A stretch of DNA of 64,000 nt. Source: Eledone cirrhosa (taxonomy: Eukaryota). The notes under the pieces are model-generated. The model made no database searches. It had not been told where the DNA came from and saw only the letters and a list, made by a program, of their open reading frames with translations. Position numbers and translations under genes: made by a program. Shown one piece after another: positions 14,601 through 32,600 of this stretch. The first letter of the stretch is position 1. Each line of letters begins with the position of its first letter. The stretch is taken from the NCBI GenBank assembly GCA_964016885.1, contig OZ024744.1, positions 111,228,001 to 111,292,000 of the forward strand. Direction: 5' to 3'.

Positions 14601-17600
14601 CAACACTACTACCAACACTACTACCAACACTACTACCAACACTACTCCCAACACTACTACCAACACTACTACCAACACTACTCCCAACACTACTACCAAC
14701 ACTACTACCAACACTACTACCAACACTACTACCAACACTACTACCAACACTACTACCAACACTACTACCAACACTACTACACCAACACTACTCCCAACAC
14801 TACTACCAACACTACTACCAAACACTACTACCAACACTACTCCCAACACTACTACCAACACTACTACCAACACTACTACCAACACTACTACTAACGCTAC
14901 TACCAACAGCTACTACCAACACTACTCCCAACACTACTCCCAACACTACTACCAACACTACTCCCAACACTACTCCCAACACTACTCCAACACTACTACC
15001 AACACTACTACCAACACTACTACCAACAATACTCCCAACACTACTCCCAACACTACTACCAACACTACTACCAACACTACTCCCAACACTACTACCAACA
15101 CTACTACCAACACTACTACCAACACTACTACCAACACTACTACCAACACTACTACCAACACTACTCCCAACACTACTCCCAACACTACTACCAACACTAT
15201 CCCAACACTACTCCCAACACTACTCCCAACACTACTACAACACTACTACCAACACTACTACCAACACTACTCCCAACACTACTACCAACACTACTACCAA
15301 CACTACCTACCAACACTACTACCAACACTACTCCCAACACTACTCCCAACACTACTACCAACACTACTACCAACACTACTCCCAACACTACTACCAACAC
15401 TACTACCAACACTACTCCCAACACTACTACCAACACTACTACCAACACTACTACCAACACTACTACCAACACTACTACCAACACTACTACCAACACTACT
15501 ACCAACACTACTACCAACACTACTCCCAACACTACTACCAACACTACTACCAACACTACTACCAACACTACTCCCAACACTACTACCAACACTACTACCA
15601 ACACTACTCCCAACACTACTCCCAACACTACTACCAACACTGCTACCAACACTACTACCAAAACTACTACCAACACTACTCCCAACACTACTCCCAACAC
15701 TACTACCACACTGCCACCACACTACTCCAACACTACCACCAACACTACTACCAACACTACTACCAACACTACTACCAAAACTACTACCAACACTACTCCC
15801 AACACTACTCCCAACACTACTACCAACACTACTACCAACACTACTCCAACACTACCACCACACTACCACCAACACTAACACCAACACTACTACCAACACT
15901 ACTCCCAACACACTCCAACACTACCACCAACACTACCACCCAACACTAACACCAACACTACTACCAACACTACTCCCAACACTACTCCCAACACTACTAC
16001 CAACACTACTCCAACACTACTACCAACACTACTACCAACACTACTCCCAACACTACTCCCAACACTACTCCCAACACTACTACCAACACTACTACCAACA
16101 CTACTCCCAACACTACTACCAACACTACCCACCAACACTACTCCCAACACTACTCCCAACACTACTCCCAACACTACTACCAACACTACTACCAACACTA
16201 CTACCAACACTACTCCCAACACACTCCACACTACTACCAACACTACTACAACACCTCCAACACTACCACCAACACTACACCAACACTACTCCCAACACTA
16301 CTACCCAACACTACTACCAACACTACTACCAACACTACTCCCAACACTACTACCAACACTACTACCAACACTACTACCAACACACTACCAACACTACTAC
16401 CAACACTACTCCCAACACTACTACCAACACTACTACCAACACTACTACCAACACTACCACCAACACTACTACCACACACACCACACTACTACCAACACTA
16501 CTACCAACACTACTACCAACACTACTCCCAACACTACTACCAACACTACAACCAACACTACTACCAACACAACCCCCCAACACTACTCCAACACTACCAC
16601 CAACACTACTACCAACACTACTATCAACACTACTACCAACACTACCACCAACACTACTACCAACACTACTCCCAACACAACTCCCAACACTACTACCAAC
16701 ACTACTACCAACACTACTCCCAACACTACACCCAACACTACTCCCAACACTACTACCAACACTACCACCAACACTACTCCCAACACTACTACCAACACTA
16801 CTATCAACACTACTACCAACACTACCACCAACACTACAACCAAACCAAACTACCCAACACTACTCCCAACACTACTACCAACACTACTACCAACACTACT
16901 CCCAACACTACTACCAACACTACTACCACACTACACCAACACTACTACCAACACTATTACCAACACTACTCCCACACTACTACCAACACTACTACCAACA
17001 CTACTACCAACACTACCACCAACACTACTCCCAACACTACTCCCAACACTACTACCAACACTACTACCAACACTACTCACCAACACTACTACCAACACTA
17101 CTACCAACACTACCACCAACACTACTACCAACACTACTACCAACACTACTCCCAACACTACTACCAACAGTACTACCAACACTACTCCCAACACTACTAC
17201 CAACACTACTACCAACACTACTACCAACACTACTACCAACACTATTACCAACACTACTCCAACACTACTCCCAACACTACTCCCAACACTACAACCAACA
17301 CTACTACCAACACTACTACCAATACTACTCCCAACACTACTCCCAACACTACCCCAACACTACTACCAACACTACTACCAACAATACCACCAACACTACT
17401 ACCAGCACTACTACCAACACTACTCCCAACACTACTCCCAACACTACTACCAACACTACTACCAACTCCACCAACACTACTACCACACTACTACCAACAC
17501 TACTACCAACACTACTACCAACACAACTACCAACACTACCACCAACACTACTCCCAACACTACTACCAACACTACTACCAACACTACTCCCAACACTACT

Positions 17601-20600
17601 ACCAACACTACTACCAACACTACTCCCAACACTACTACCAACACTACTACCAACACTACTACCAACACTACTACCCAACACTACTCCCAACACTACTCCC
17701 AACACTACTCCCAACACTACTACCAACACTACTACCAACACTACTACCAACACTACTACCAACATACTACCAACACTACCACCAACACTACTACCAACAC
17801 TACTCCCAACACTACTCCCAACACTACTACCAACACTACTACCAACACTACTACCAACACTACTACCAACACTACTACCAAAACTACCACCAACACTACT
17901 CCCAACACTACTCCCAACACTACTCCCAACACTACTACCAACACAACTACCAACACTACTACCAACACTACTACCAACACTACTACCAACACTACTACCC
18001 AACACTACTACCAACACTACTCCCAACACTACTCCAACACTACTACCAACACTACTACCAACACTACTACCAACACTACTCCCAACACTACTACCAACAC
18101 TACTACCAACACTACTCCCAACACTACTACCAACACTACTACCAACACTACTCCCAACACTACTACCAACACTACTACCAACACTACTACCAACACTACT
18201 ACCAACACTACTACCAACACTACTACCAACACTACTACCAACACTACTCCCAACACTACTACCAACACTACTACCAACACTACTACCAACACTACTACCA
18301 ACACTACTACCAACACTACTCCCAACACTACTACCAACACTACTACCAACACTACTACCAACACTACTACCAACGCTACTACCAACACTACTACCAACAC
18401 TACTCCCAACACTACTCCCAACACTACTACCAACACTACTCCCAACACTACTCCCAACACTACTACCAACACTACTACCAACACTACTACCAACACTACT
18501 ACCAACACTACTCCCAACACTACTCCCAACACTACTACCAACACTACTACCAACACTACTCCCAACACTACTACCAACACTACTACCAACACTACTACCA
18601 ACACTACTACCAACACTACTACCAACACTACTACCAACACTACTCCCAACACTACTCCCAACACTACTACCAACACTACTCCCAACACTACTCCCAAACA
18701 CTACTCCCAACACTACTACCAACACTACTACCAACACTACCAACACTACTCCCACACTACTACCAACACTACTACCAACACTACTACCAACACTACTACC
18801 AACACTACTCCCAACACTACTCCCAACACTACTACCAACACTACTACCAACACTACTCCCAACACTACTACCAACACTACTACCAACACTACTCCCAACA
18901 CTACTACCAACACTACTACCAACACTACTACCAACACTACTACCAACACTACTACCAACACTACCTACCAACACTACTACCAACACTACTACCAACACTA
19001 CTCCCAACACTACTACCAACACTACTACCAACACTACAACCAACACTACTCACCAACACTACTACCAACACTACTACCAACACTACCCAACACTACTCCC
19101 AACACTACTACCAACACTACTACCAACACTACTACCAAAACTACTACCAACACTACTCCCAACACTACTCCCAACACTACTACCAACACTGCCACCAACA
19201 CTACTCCAACACTACCACCAACACTACTACCAACACACTACCAACCTACACCAACACTACTACCAACACTACTCCCAACACTACTCCCAACACTACTACC
19301 AACACTACTACCAACACTACTCCCAACACTACCACCAACACTACCAACCACACTAACACCAACAACTACTACCAACACTACTACCAACACTACTCCCAAC
19401 ACTACCACCCCAACACTACCCACCAACACTACACCACACTACTACCAACACTACTCCCAACACTACTCCCAACACTACTACCAACACTACTCCCCAACAC
19501 TACTACCAACACTACTACCAACACTACTCCCAACACTACTCCCAACACTACACACAACCACACTACCCAACACTACTACCAACACTACTCCCAACACTAC
19601 TACCAACACTACCTCACCAACACTACTCCCAACACTACTCCCAACCACTACCCAACCTACCAACACTACTACCAACACTCAACACTACCTACCCAACCCT
19701 ACAACCCAACACCTCCACACTACTACCAACACTACACCAACACTACTACCAACACTACCACTCACTACAACCACACTACTCCCAACACTACACTACCCAC
19801 ACTACCACAACACACTACCTACACTACACCCAACACTACACCAACACTACTACCAACACTACTACCAACACTACTCCCAACACAACCTACAACCACACTA
19901 CCCCAACACTACTACCAACACTACACCACACACTACAACACCAACCCACTACTACCAACACTACTACCACACTACCCACAACCCACCTACTCCCAACACT
20001 ACTACCAACACTACTACCAACACCTACCTCACCAACACTACTACCACACACTACACCAACACTACTACCAACACTACTACCACACCACCAACACTACTAC
20101 CAACACTACTACCACACTACCACCAACACTACTACCAACACTACTACCAACACTACCACTACCAACACTAACACTACACCAACACTACTACCAACACTAC
20201 TCCAACACTACTACCAACACTACTACCCAACACTACTCACACTACCAACACTACCAACACTACCACCAACACTACTACCAACACTACTACCAACACTACT
20301 ACCCAACACTACTACCAACACTACTACCAACACTACTCCCAACACTACTACCACACTCACCACACTACTACCAACACTACTACCAACACTACTAACCAAC
20401 ACCACACTACCAACCACACTACCCAACCCACTACCAACACTACAACCACACTACCAACACTACCACCAACACTACTCCCAACACTACTCCCAACACTACT
20501 ACCAACACTACTACCAACACTACTCCCCAACACTACTACCAACACTACTACCAACACTACCACCCAACACTACTACCAACACTACTACCAACACTACTCC

Positions 20601-23600
20601 AACACTACTACCAACAGTACTACCAACACTACTCCCAACACTACTACCAACACTACTACCAACACTACTACCAACACTACTACCAACACTATTACCAACA
20701 CTACTCCCAACACTACTCCCAACACTACTACCCAACACTACACCAACACTACTACCCACACTACTACCAAATACAACTCCCCAACACTACTCCAACACTA
20801 TCCCCAACACTACTACCAACACTACTACCAACCATACCACCACAACTACCACACTACTACCAACACTACTCCCAACACTACACCCAACACTACTACCAAC
20901 ACTACTACCAAAACTACCACCAACACTACTACCAACACTACTACCAACACTACTACCAACACTACTACCAACACTACTACCAACACTACCACCAACACTA
21001 CTCCCAACACTACTACCAACACTACTACCAACACTACTCCAACACTACTACCAACACTACTACCAACACTACACCAACACTACCAACACTACTACCAACA
21101 CTACTACCAACACTACTACCAACACTACTCCCAACACTACTCCCCAACACTACTCCCAACACTACTACCAACACTACTACCAACACTACTACCAACACTA
21201 CTACCAACACTACTACCAACACTACCACCAACACTACTACCAACACTACTCCCAACACTACTCCCAACACTACTACCAACACTACTACCAACACTACTAC
21301 CAACACTACTACCAACACTACTACCAACACTACACCAACACTACTCCCAACACTACTCCCAACACTACTCCCAACACTACTACCAACACTACTACCAACA
21401 CTACTCCCAACACTACTACCAACACTACTACCAACACTACTCCAACACTACTACCAACACTACTCCCAACACTACTCCCAACACTACTACCAACACTACT
21501 ACCAACACTACTACCAACACTACTCCCAACACTACTACCAACACTACTACCAACACTACTCCCAACACTACTACCAACACTACTACCAACACTACTCCAA
21601 CACTACTACCAACACTACTACCAACACTACTACCAACACTACCCCAACACTACTCCAACACTACTCCCAACACTACTACCAACACTACTACCAACACTAC
21701 TCCAACACTACTACCAACACTACTACCCAACACTACTCCCAACACTACTCCCAACACTACTACCAACACTACTACCAACACTACTCCCAACACTACTACC
21801 AACACTACTCCCAACACTACTACCAACACTACTACCAACACTACTACCAACACTGACTACCAACACTACTAACACTACTACCAACACTACTCCAACACTA
21901 CTCCAACACTACTCCCAACACTACTACCAACACTACTACCAACACTACCACCAACACTACTCCCAACACTACTACCAACACTACTACCAACACTACTCCC
22001 AACACTACTACCAACTACTACCAACACTACCAACACTACTACCAACACTACTACCAACACTACTCCAACACTACTACCCACACTACACCAACACTACTAC
22101 CAACACTACTACCTCCTACCAACACTACTACCAACACTACTACCAACACTACTACCCAACACTACTACCAACACTACTACCACACTACTACCAACACTAC
22201 TACCAACACTACCACCAACACTACCACCAACACTACCACCAATACACTCCCAACACTACTACCAACACTACTACCAACACTACTCCCAACACTACTACCA
22301 ACACTACTACCAACACTACTACAACACTACTACCAACACTACTACCAACACTACTACCCAACACGTACTACCAACACTACTACCAACACTACTACCAACA
22401 CTACTCCCAACACTACTACCAACACTACTACCAACACTACTACCAACACTACTACCAACACTACTCCCAGCACTACTCCCAACACTACTCCCAACACTAC
22501 TACCAACACTACTACCAACACTACTACCAACACTACTCCCAACACTACTACCAACACTACTCCCAACACTACTACCAAACACTACTACCAACACTTCTAC
22601 CATCACTACTCCAACACTACTCCCAACACGACTCCCAACACTACTACCAACACTACTACCAACACTACTACCAACACTACTACCAACACTACTACCAACA
22701 CTACTCCCAACACTACTCCCAACACTACTACCAACACTACTCCCAACACTACTCCCAACATTACCACCAACACTACCACCAACACTACTACCAACACTAC
22801 TACCAACACTACTACCAACACTACCACCAACACTACTCCCAACACTACTAACCAACACTACCACCAACACTACTACCAACACTACTACCAACACTACTCC
22901 CAACACTACTGCCAACACTACTACCAACACTACTACCAACACTACTACCAACACTACTCCACTACTACCAACACACACACACTACTACCAGCACTACTAC
23001 CAACACTACTCCCAACACTACTCCCAACACTACTACCAACACTACTACCAACACTACTACCAACACTACTCCCAACACTACTCCCAACACTAGCACCAAC
23101 ACTACTACCAACACTACAACCAACACTGCTACCAACACTACTATCAACACTACTACCAACACTACTCCCAACACTACTACCAACACTACTACCAACACTA
23201 CTACCAACACTACTACCAACACTACCACCAACACTGCTACCAACACTACTACCAACACTGCTACCAACACTACTACCAACACTACTACCAACACTACTAC
23301 CAACACTACTACCAACACTACTACACAACACTACTACCAACACTACTACCAACACTACTACCAACACTACTACCAACACTACTACCAACACTACTCCCAA
23401 CACTACTCCCAACACTACCACCAACACTACTACCAACACTACTACCCAACACTACTACCCAACACTACCACCAACACTACTACCAACACTACTACCAACA
23501 CTACTCCCAACACTACCACCAACACTACCACCAACACTACCACCAACACTACTACCACACTACTACCAACACTACTCCCAACACTACCACCAACATTACT

Positions 23601-26600
23601 ACCAACACTACTACCAACACTACTACCAACACTACTCCCAACACTACTCCCAACACTACTCACCAACACTACTACCAACACTACTCCCAACACTACTACC
23701 AACACTACTACCAACACTACTACCAACACTACTACCAAACACTACTACCAACACTACTCCCAACACTACTACCAACACTACTACCAACACTACTCCCAAC
23801 ACTACTACCAACACTACTACCAACACTACTCCCAACACTACTACCAACACTACTACCAACACTACTCCCAACACTACTACCAACACTACTACCAACACTA
23901 CCACCAAACACTACTCCCAACACTACTACCAACACTACTCCCAACACTACTACCAACACTACTACCAACACAACCCACCAACAATACTCCCAACACTACT
24001 ACCAACCACTACTCCCAACACTACTACCAACACTACTACCAACACTACCAACACTACTACCAACACTACTACCAACACTACTCCCAACACTACTACCAAC
24101 ACTACTACCAACACTACTACCAACACTACTACCAACACTACCACCAACACTACCACCAATACTACTACCAACACTACTACCAACACTACTACCAACACTA
24201 CTCCCAACACTACAACCAACAGTACTACCAACAATACTACCAACACTACTCCCAACACTACTACCAACACTACTCCCAACACTACTACCAACACTACTAC
24301 CAACACTACTACCAACACTACTACCAACACTACTCCCAGCACTAATCCCAACACTACTCCCAACACTACTACCAACACTACTACCAACACTACTACCAAC
24401 ACTACTCCCAACACTACTACCAACACTACTACCAACACTACTACCAACACTTCTACCAACACTACTCCAACACTACTCCCAACACGACTCCCAACACTAC
24501 TACCAACACTACTACCAACACTACTACCAACACTACTACCAACACTACTACCAACACTACTCCCAACACTACTCCCAACACTACTACCAACACTACTACC
24601 AACACTACTACCAACACTACCACCAACACTACTACCAACACTACTACCAACACTACTCCCAACACTACTACCAACACTACTACCAACACTACTACCAACA
24701 CTACTACCAACACTACTCCCAACACTACCACCAACACTACTACCAACACTACTACCAACACTACTCCCAACACTACCACCAACACTACTACCAACACTAC
24801 TACCAACACTACTCCCAACACTACTCCCAACACTACTACCAACACTACTACCAACACTACTACCAACACTACTCCCAACACTACTACCAACACTATTCCC
24901 AACACTACTTCCAACACTACTCCCAACACTACTCCCAACACTACTCCCAACACTACTACCAACACTACTACCAACACTGCCACCAACACTACTACCAACA
25001 CTACTCCCAACACTACCACCAACACTACCACCAACACTACCACCAACACTACTACCAACACTACTACCAACACTACTCCCAACACTACTCCCAACACTAC
25101 TACCAACACTGCCACCAACACTACTACCAACACTACTCCCAACACTACCACCAACACTACCACCAACACTACCACCAACACTACTACCAACACTACTACC
25201 AACACTACTCCCAACACTACTCCCAACACTACTACCTACACTACCACCAACACTACTCCCAACACTACTACCAACACTACTACCAACACTACTATCAACA
25301 CTGCTACCAACACTACTACCAACACTACTACCAACACTACTCCCAACACTACTCCCAACACTACTACCAACACTACTACCAACACTACTACCAACACTAC
25401 TACCAACACTACTCCCAACACTACTACCAACACTACTCCCAACACTACTCCCAACACTATTCCCAACACTACTACCAACACTACTACCAACACTACTACC
25501 AACACTACTCCCAACACTACTACCAACACTACTACCAACACTACTCCCAACACTACCACCAACACTACTACCAACACTACTACCAATACGACTCCCAACA
25601 CTACTCCCAACACTATTCCCAACACTACTACCAACACTACTACCAACACTACCACCAACACTACTACCATCACTACTACCAACACTACTACCAACACTAC
25701 TCCCAACACTACTCCCAACACTACTACCAACACTACTACCAAAACTACCACCAACACTACTACCAACACTACTACCAACACTACTACCAACACTACTACC
25801 AACACTACTACCAACACTACTCCCAACACTACTACCAACACTACTACCAACACTACTACCAACACTACTACCAACACTACTCCCAACACTACTACCAACA
25901 CTACTACCAACTCTACTCCCAACACTACTACCAACACTACTACCAACACTACTCCCAACACTACTACCAACACTACTACCAACACTACTACCAACACTAC
26001 TACCAACACTACTACCAAAACAACCACCAACACTACTCCCAACACTACTCCCAACACTACTCCCAACACTACTACCAACACTACTCCCAACACTACTACC
26101 AACACTACTCCCAACACTACTACCAACACTACTCCCAACACTACTACCAACACTACTCCCAACACTACTACCAACACTACTACCAACACTACCCCCAACA
26201 CTACTACCAACACTACTACCAACACTACTCCCAACACTACTACCAACACTACTCCCAACACTACTCCCAACACTACCACCAACACTACTACCAACACTAC
26301 TACCAATACTACTCCCAACACTACTCCCAACACTATTCCCAACACTACTACCAACACTACTACCAACACTACCACCAACACTACTACCAACACTACTACC
26401 AAAACTACCACCAACACTACTACCAACACTACTACCAACACTACTACCAACACTACTACCAACACTACTACCAACACTACTCCCAACACTACTCCCAACA
26501 CTACTACCAACACTACTACCAACACTACTACCAACACTACTACCAACAATACTACCAACACTACCACCAACACTACTACCGACACTTCTCCCAACACTAC

Positions 26601-29600
26601 TCCCAACACTACTACCAACACTACTACCAACACTACTACCAACACTACTACCAACACTACTACCAAAACTACCACCAACACTACTCCCAACACTACTCCC
26701 AACACTACTCCCAACACTACTACCAACACTACTCCCAACAATACTACCAACAGTACTACCAACACTACTACCAACACTACTCCCAACACTACTACCAATA
26801 CTACTCCCAACACTACTCCCAACACTACTCCCAACACTACTCCCAACNNNNNNNNNNNNNNNNNNNNNNNNNNNNNNNNNNNNNNNNNNNNNNNNNNNNN
26901 NNNNNNNNNNNNNNNNNNNNNNNNNNNNNNNNNNNNNNNNNNNNNNNNNNNNNNNNNNNNNNNNNNNNNNNNNNNNNNNNNNNNNNNNNNNNNNNNNNNN
27001 NNNNNNNNNNNNNNNNNNNNNNNNNNNNNNNNNNNNNNNNNNNNNNNACTACTACCAACACTACTACCAACACTACTACCAAAACAACCACCAACACTAC
27101 TCCCAACACTACTCCCAACACTACTCCCAACACTACTACCAACACTACTCCCAACACTACTACCAACACTACTCCCAACACTACTACCAACACTACTCCC
27201 AACACTACTACCAACACTACTCCCAACACTACTACCAACACTACTACCAACACTACCCCCAACACTACTACCAACACTACTACCAACACTACTCCCAACA
27301 CTACTACCAACACTACTCCCAACACTACTCCCAACACTACCACCAACACTACTACCAACACTACTACCAATACTACTCCCAACACTACTCCCAACACTAT
27401 TCCCAACACTACTACCAACACTACTACCAACACTACCACCAACACTACTACCAACACTACTACCAAAACTACCACCAACACTACTACCAACACTACTACC
27501 AACACTACTACCAACACTACTACCAACACTACTACCAACACTACTCCCAACACTACTCCCAACACTACTACCAACACTACTACCAACACTACTACCAACA
27601 CTACTACCAACAATACTACCAACACTACCACCAACACTACTACCGACACTTCTCCCAACACTACTCCCAACACTACTACCAACACTACTACCAACACTAC
27701 TACCAACACTACTACCAACACTACTACCAAAACTACCACCAACACTACTCCCAACACTACTCCCAACACTACTCCCAACACTACTACCAACACTACTCCC
27801 AACAATACTACCAACAGTACTACCAACACTACTACCAACACTACTCCCAACACTACTACCAATACTACTCCCAACACTACTCCCAACACTACTCCCAACA
27901 CTACTCCCAACACTACTACCAACACTACTCCCAACACTACTACCAACAGTACTACCAACACTACTACCAACACTACTCCCAACACTACTCCCAACACTAC
28001 TACCAACACTACTCCCAACAATACTACCAACACTACTCCCAACACTACTACCAACACTACTCCCAACACTACTCCCAACACTACTACCAACACTACTCCC
28101 AACACTACTACCAACACTACTCCCAACACTACTACCAACACTACTACCAACACTACTCCCAACACTACTACCAACACTACTACCAACACTACTCCCAACA
28201 CTACTACCAACACTACTCCCAACACTACTCCCAACACTACCACCAACACTACTACCAACACTACTACCAACACTACTACCAACACTACTCCCAACACTAC
28301 TACCAACACTACTACCAACACTACTACCAACACTACCACCAACACTACTACCAACACTACTCCCAACACTACTCCCAACACTACTACCAACACTACTCCC
28401 AACACTACTACCAACACTACTACCAACACTACTCCCAACACTACTACCAACACTACTCCCAACACTACTCCCAACACTACCACCAACACTACTACCAACA
28501 CTACTACCAACACTACTCCCAACACTACTACCAACACTACTACCAACACTACTACCAATACTACTCCCAACACTACTACCAACCACTACTACCAACACTA
28601 CTCCCAACACTACTACCAACACTACTCCCAACACTACTCCCAACACTACCACCAACACTACTACCAACACTACTACCAACACTACTCCCAACACTACTAC
28701 CAACACTACTACCACACTACTACCAATACTACTCCCAACACTACTCCCAACACTATACCAACACTACTACCACCACTACTACCACACTACACCCAACACT
28801 ACTACCAACACTACTACCAACACTACTACCAACACTACTCCAACACTACTCCCAACACTACTACCACACTACTACCAAAACTACCACCAACACTACTACC
28901 AACACTACTACCAACACTACTACCAACACTACTCCCAACACTACTACCAACACTACTCCCAACACTACCACCAACACTACTACTAACACTACTACCAACA
29001 CTACTACCAACACTACTCCCAACACTACTCCCAACACTACTACCAACACTACTACCAAAACTACCACCAACACTACTACCAACACTACTACCCAACACTA
29101 CTACCAACACTACTACCAACACTACTACCAACACTACTCCCAACACTACCACCAACACTACTACTAACACTACTACCAACACTATTCCCAACACTACTAC
29201 CAACACTACTACCAACACTACTCCCAACACTACTACCAACACTACTACCAACACTACTCCCAACACTACTACCAACACTACTACCAACACTACTACCAAC
29301 ACTACTACCAACACTACCACCAACACTACTCCCAACACTACTACCAACACTACTCCCAACACTACTCCCAACACTACCACCAACACTACTACCAACACTA
29401 CTACCAACACTACTCCCAACACTACCACCAACACTACTACTAACACTACTACCAACACTACTACCAACACTACCACCAACACTACTACCAACACTACTAC
29501 CAATACTACTCCCAACACTACTCCCAACACTATTCCCAACACTACTACCAACACTACTACCAACACTACCACCAACACTACTACCAACACTACTACCAAC

Positions 29601-32600
29601 ACTACTACCAACACTACTCCCAACACTACTCCCAACACTACTACCAACACTACTACCAACACTACTACCAACACTACTACCAACACTACTCCCACCAACA
29701 CTACTACCAACACTACTACCAACACTACTCCCAACACTACTACCAACACTACTCCCAACACTACTACCAACACTACTACCAACACTATTCCCAACACTAC
29801 TACCAACACTACTACCAACACTACTCCCAACACTACTACCAACACTACTACCAACACTACTACCAACACTACCCCCAACACTATTCCCAACACTACTACC
29901 AACACTACTACCAACACTACTACCAACACTACTACCAACACTACTCCCAACACTACTCCCAACACTACTACCAACACTACTACCAACACTACTCCGAACA
30001 CTACTCCCAACACTACTCCCAACACTACTACCAACACTACTACCAACACTACTCCCAACACTACTACCAACACTACTACCAACACGACCACCAACACTAC
30101 TCCCAACACTACTACCAACACTACTCCCAACACTACTATCAACACTACTACCAACACTACCACCAACAATACTCCCAACACTACTACCAACACTACTACC
30201 AACACTACTCCCAACACTACTACCAACACTACTACCAACACTACCAACACTACTAGCAACACTACTACCAACACTACTCCCAACACTACTACGAACACTA
30301 CTACAAACACTACTACCAACACTACTACCAACACTACCACCAACACTACCACCAATACTACTACCAACACTACTACCAACACTACTACCAACACTACTCC
30401 CAACACTACAACCAACACTACTACCAACAATACTACCAACACTACTCCCAACACTACTACCAACACTACTCCCAACACTACTACCAACACTACTACCAAC
30501 ACTACTACCAACACTACTACCAACACTACTCCCAGCACTACTCCCAACGCTACTCCCAACACTACTACCAACACTACTACCAACACTACTACCAACACTA
30601 CTCCCAACACTACTACCAATACTACTCCCAACACTACTACCAACACTACTACCAACACTTCTACCAACACTACTCCAACACTACTCCCAACACGACTCCC
30701 AACACTACTACCAACACTACTACCAACACTACTACCAACACTACTACCAACACTACTCCCAGCACTACTCCCAACACTACTACCAACACTACTCCCAACA
30801 CTACTACCAACACTACTCCCAACACTACTCCCAGCACTACTCCCAACACTACTACCAACACGACTCCCAACACTACTACCAACACTACTACCAACACTAC
30901 TACCAACACTACTACCAACACTACTACCAACACTACTCCCAACACTACTACCAACACTACTCCCAACACTACTCCCAACATTACCACCAACACTACCACC
31001 AACACTACTACCAACACTACTACCAACACTACTACCAACACTACCACCAACACTACTCACAACACTACTACCAACACTACCACCAACACTACTACCAACA
31101 CTACTACCAACACTACTCCCAACACTACTACCAACACTACTACCAACACTACTACCAACACTACTACCAACACTACTCCCAACACTACCACCAACACTAC
31201 TACCAACACTACTACCAACACTACTCCCAACACTACTCCCAACACTACTACCAACACTACTACCAACACTACTACCAACACTACTCCCAACAGTACTCCC
31301 AACACTACTCCCAACACTACCACCAACACTACTCCCAACACTACTACCAACACTGCTACCAACACTACTACCAACACTACTACCAACACTACTCCCAACA
31401 CTACTACCAACACTACTACCAACACTACTACCAACACTACTACCAACGCTACAACCAACACTACTACCAACACTACTACCAACACTACTACCAACACTAC
31501 TACCATCACTACAACCAACACTACTACCAACACTACTACCAACACGACTACCAACACTACTACCAACACTACCACCAACACTACAACCAACACTACTACC
31601 AACACTACTCCCAACACTACTCCCAACACTACCACCAACACTACTACCAACACTACTACCAACACTACTCCCAACACTATTACCAACACTACCACCAACA
31701 CTACTACCAACACTACTCCCAACACTACCACCAACACTACCACCAACACTACCACCAACACTACTACCAACACTACTACCAACACTACTCCCAACACTAC
31801 TCCCAACACTTCCACCAACACTACTACCAACACTACTACCAACACTACTACCAACACTACTCCCAACACTACTCCCAACACTACTCCCAACACTACTACC
31901 AACACTACTCCCAACACTACTACCAACACTACTACCAACACTACTACCAACACTACTACCAACACTACTACCAACACTACTACCAACACTACTCCCAACA
32001 CTACTACCAACACTACTACCAACACTACTCCCAACACTACTACCAACACTACTACCAACACTACTCCCAACACTACTACCAACACTACTACCAACACTAC
32101 TACCAACACTACTACCAGCACTACTCCCAACACTACTACCAACACTACTACCAACACTACTACCAACACTACTACCAACACTACTCCCAACACTACTACC
32201 AACACTACTACCAACACTACTCCCAACACTACTACCAACACTACTACCAACACTACTACCAACACTACTACCAACACTACCCCCAACACTACTCCCAACA
32301 CTACTCCCAACACTACTACCAGCACTACTACCAACACTACTACCAACACTACTACCAACACTACTACCAACACTACTCCCAACACTACTCCCAACACTAC
32401 TACCAACACTACTACCAACACTACTCCCAACACTACTCCCAACACTACTCCCAACACTACTACCAACACTACTCCCAACACTACTACCAACACTACTACC
32501 AACACTACCACCAACACTACTCCCAACACTACTACCAACACTACTCCCAACACTACTACCAACACTACTACCAACACTACTACCAACACTACTACCAATA

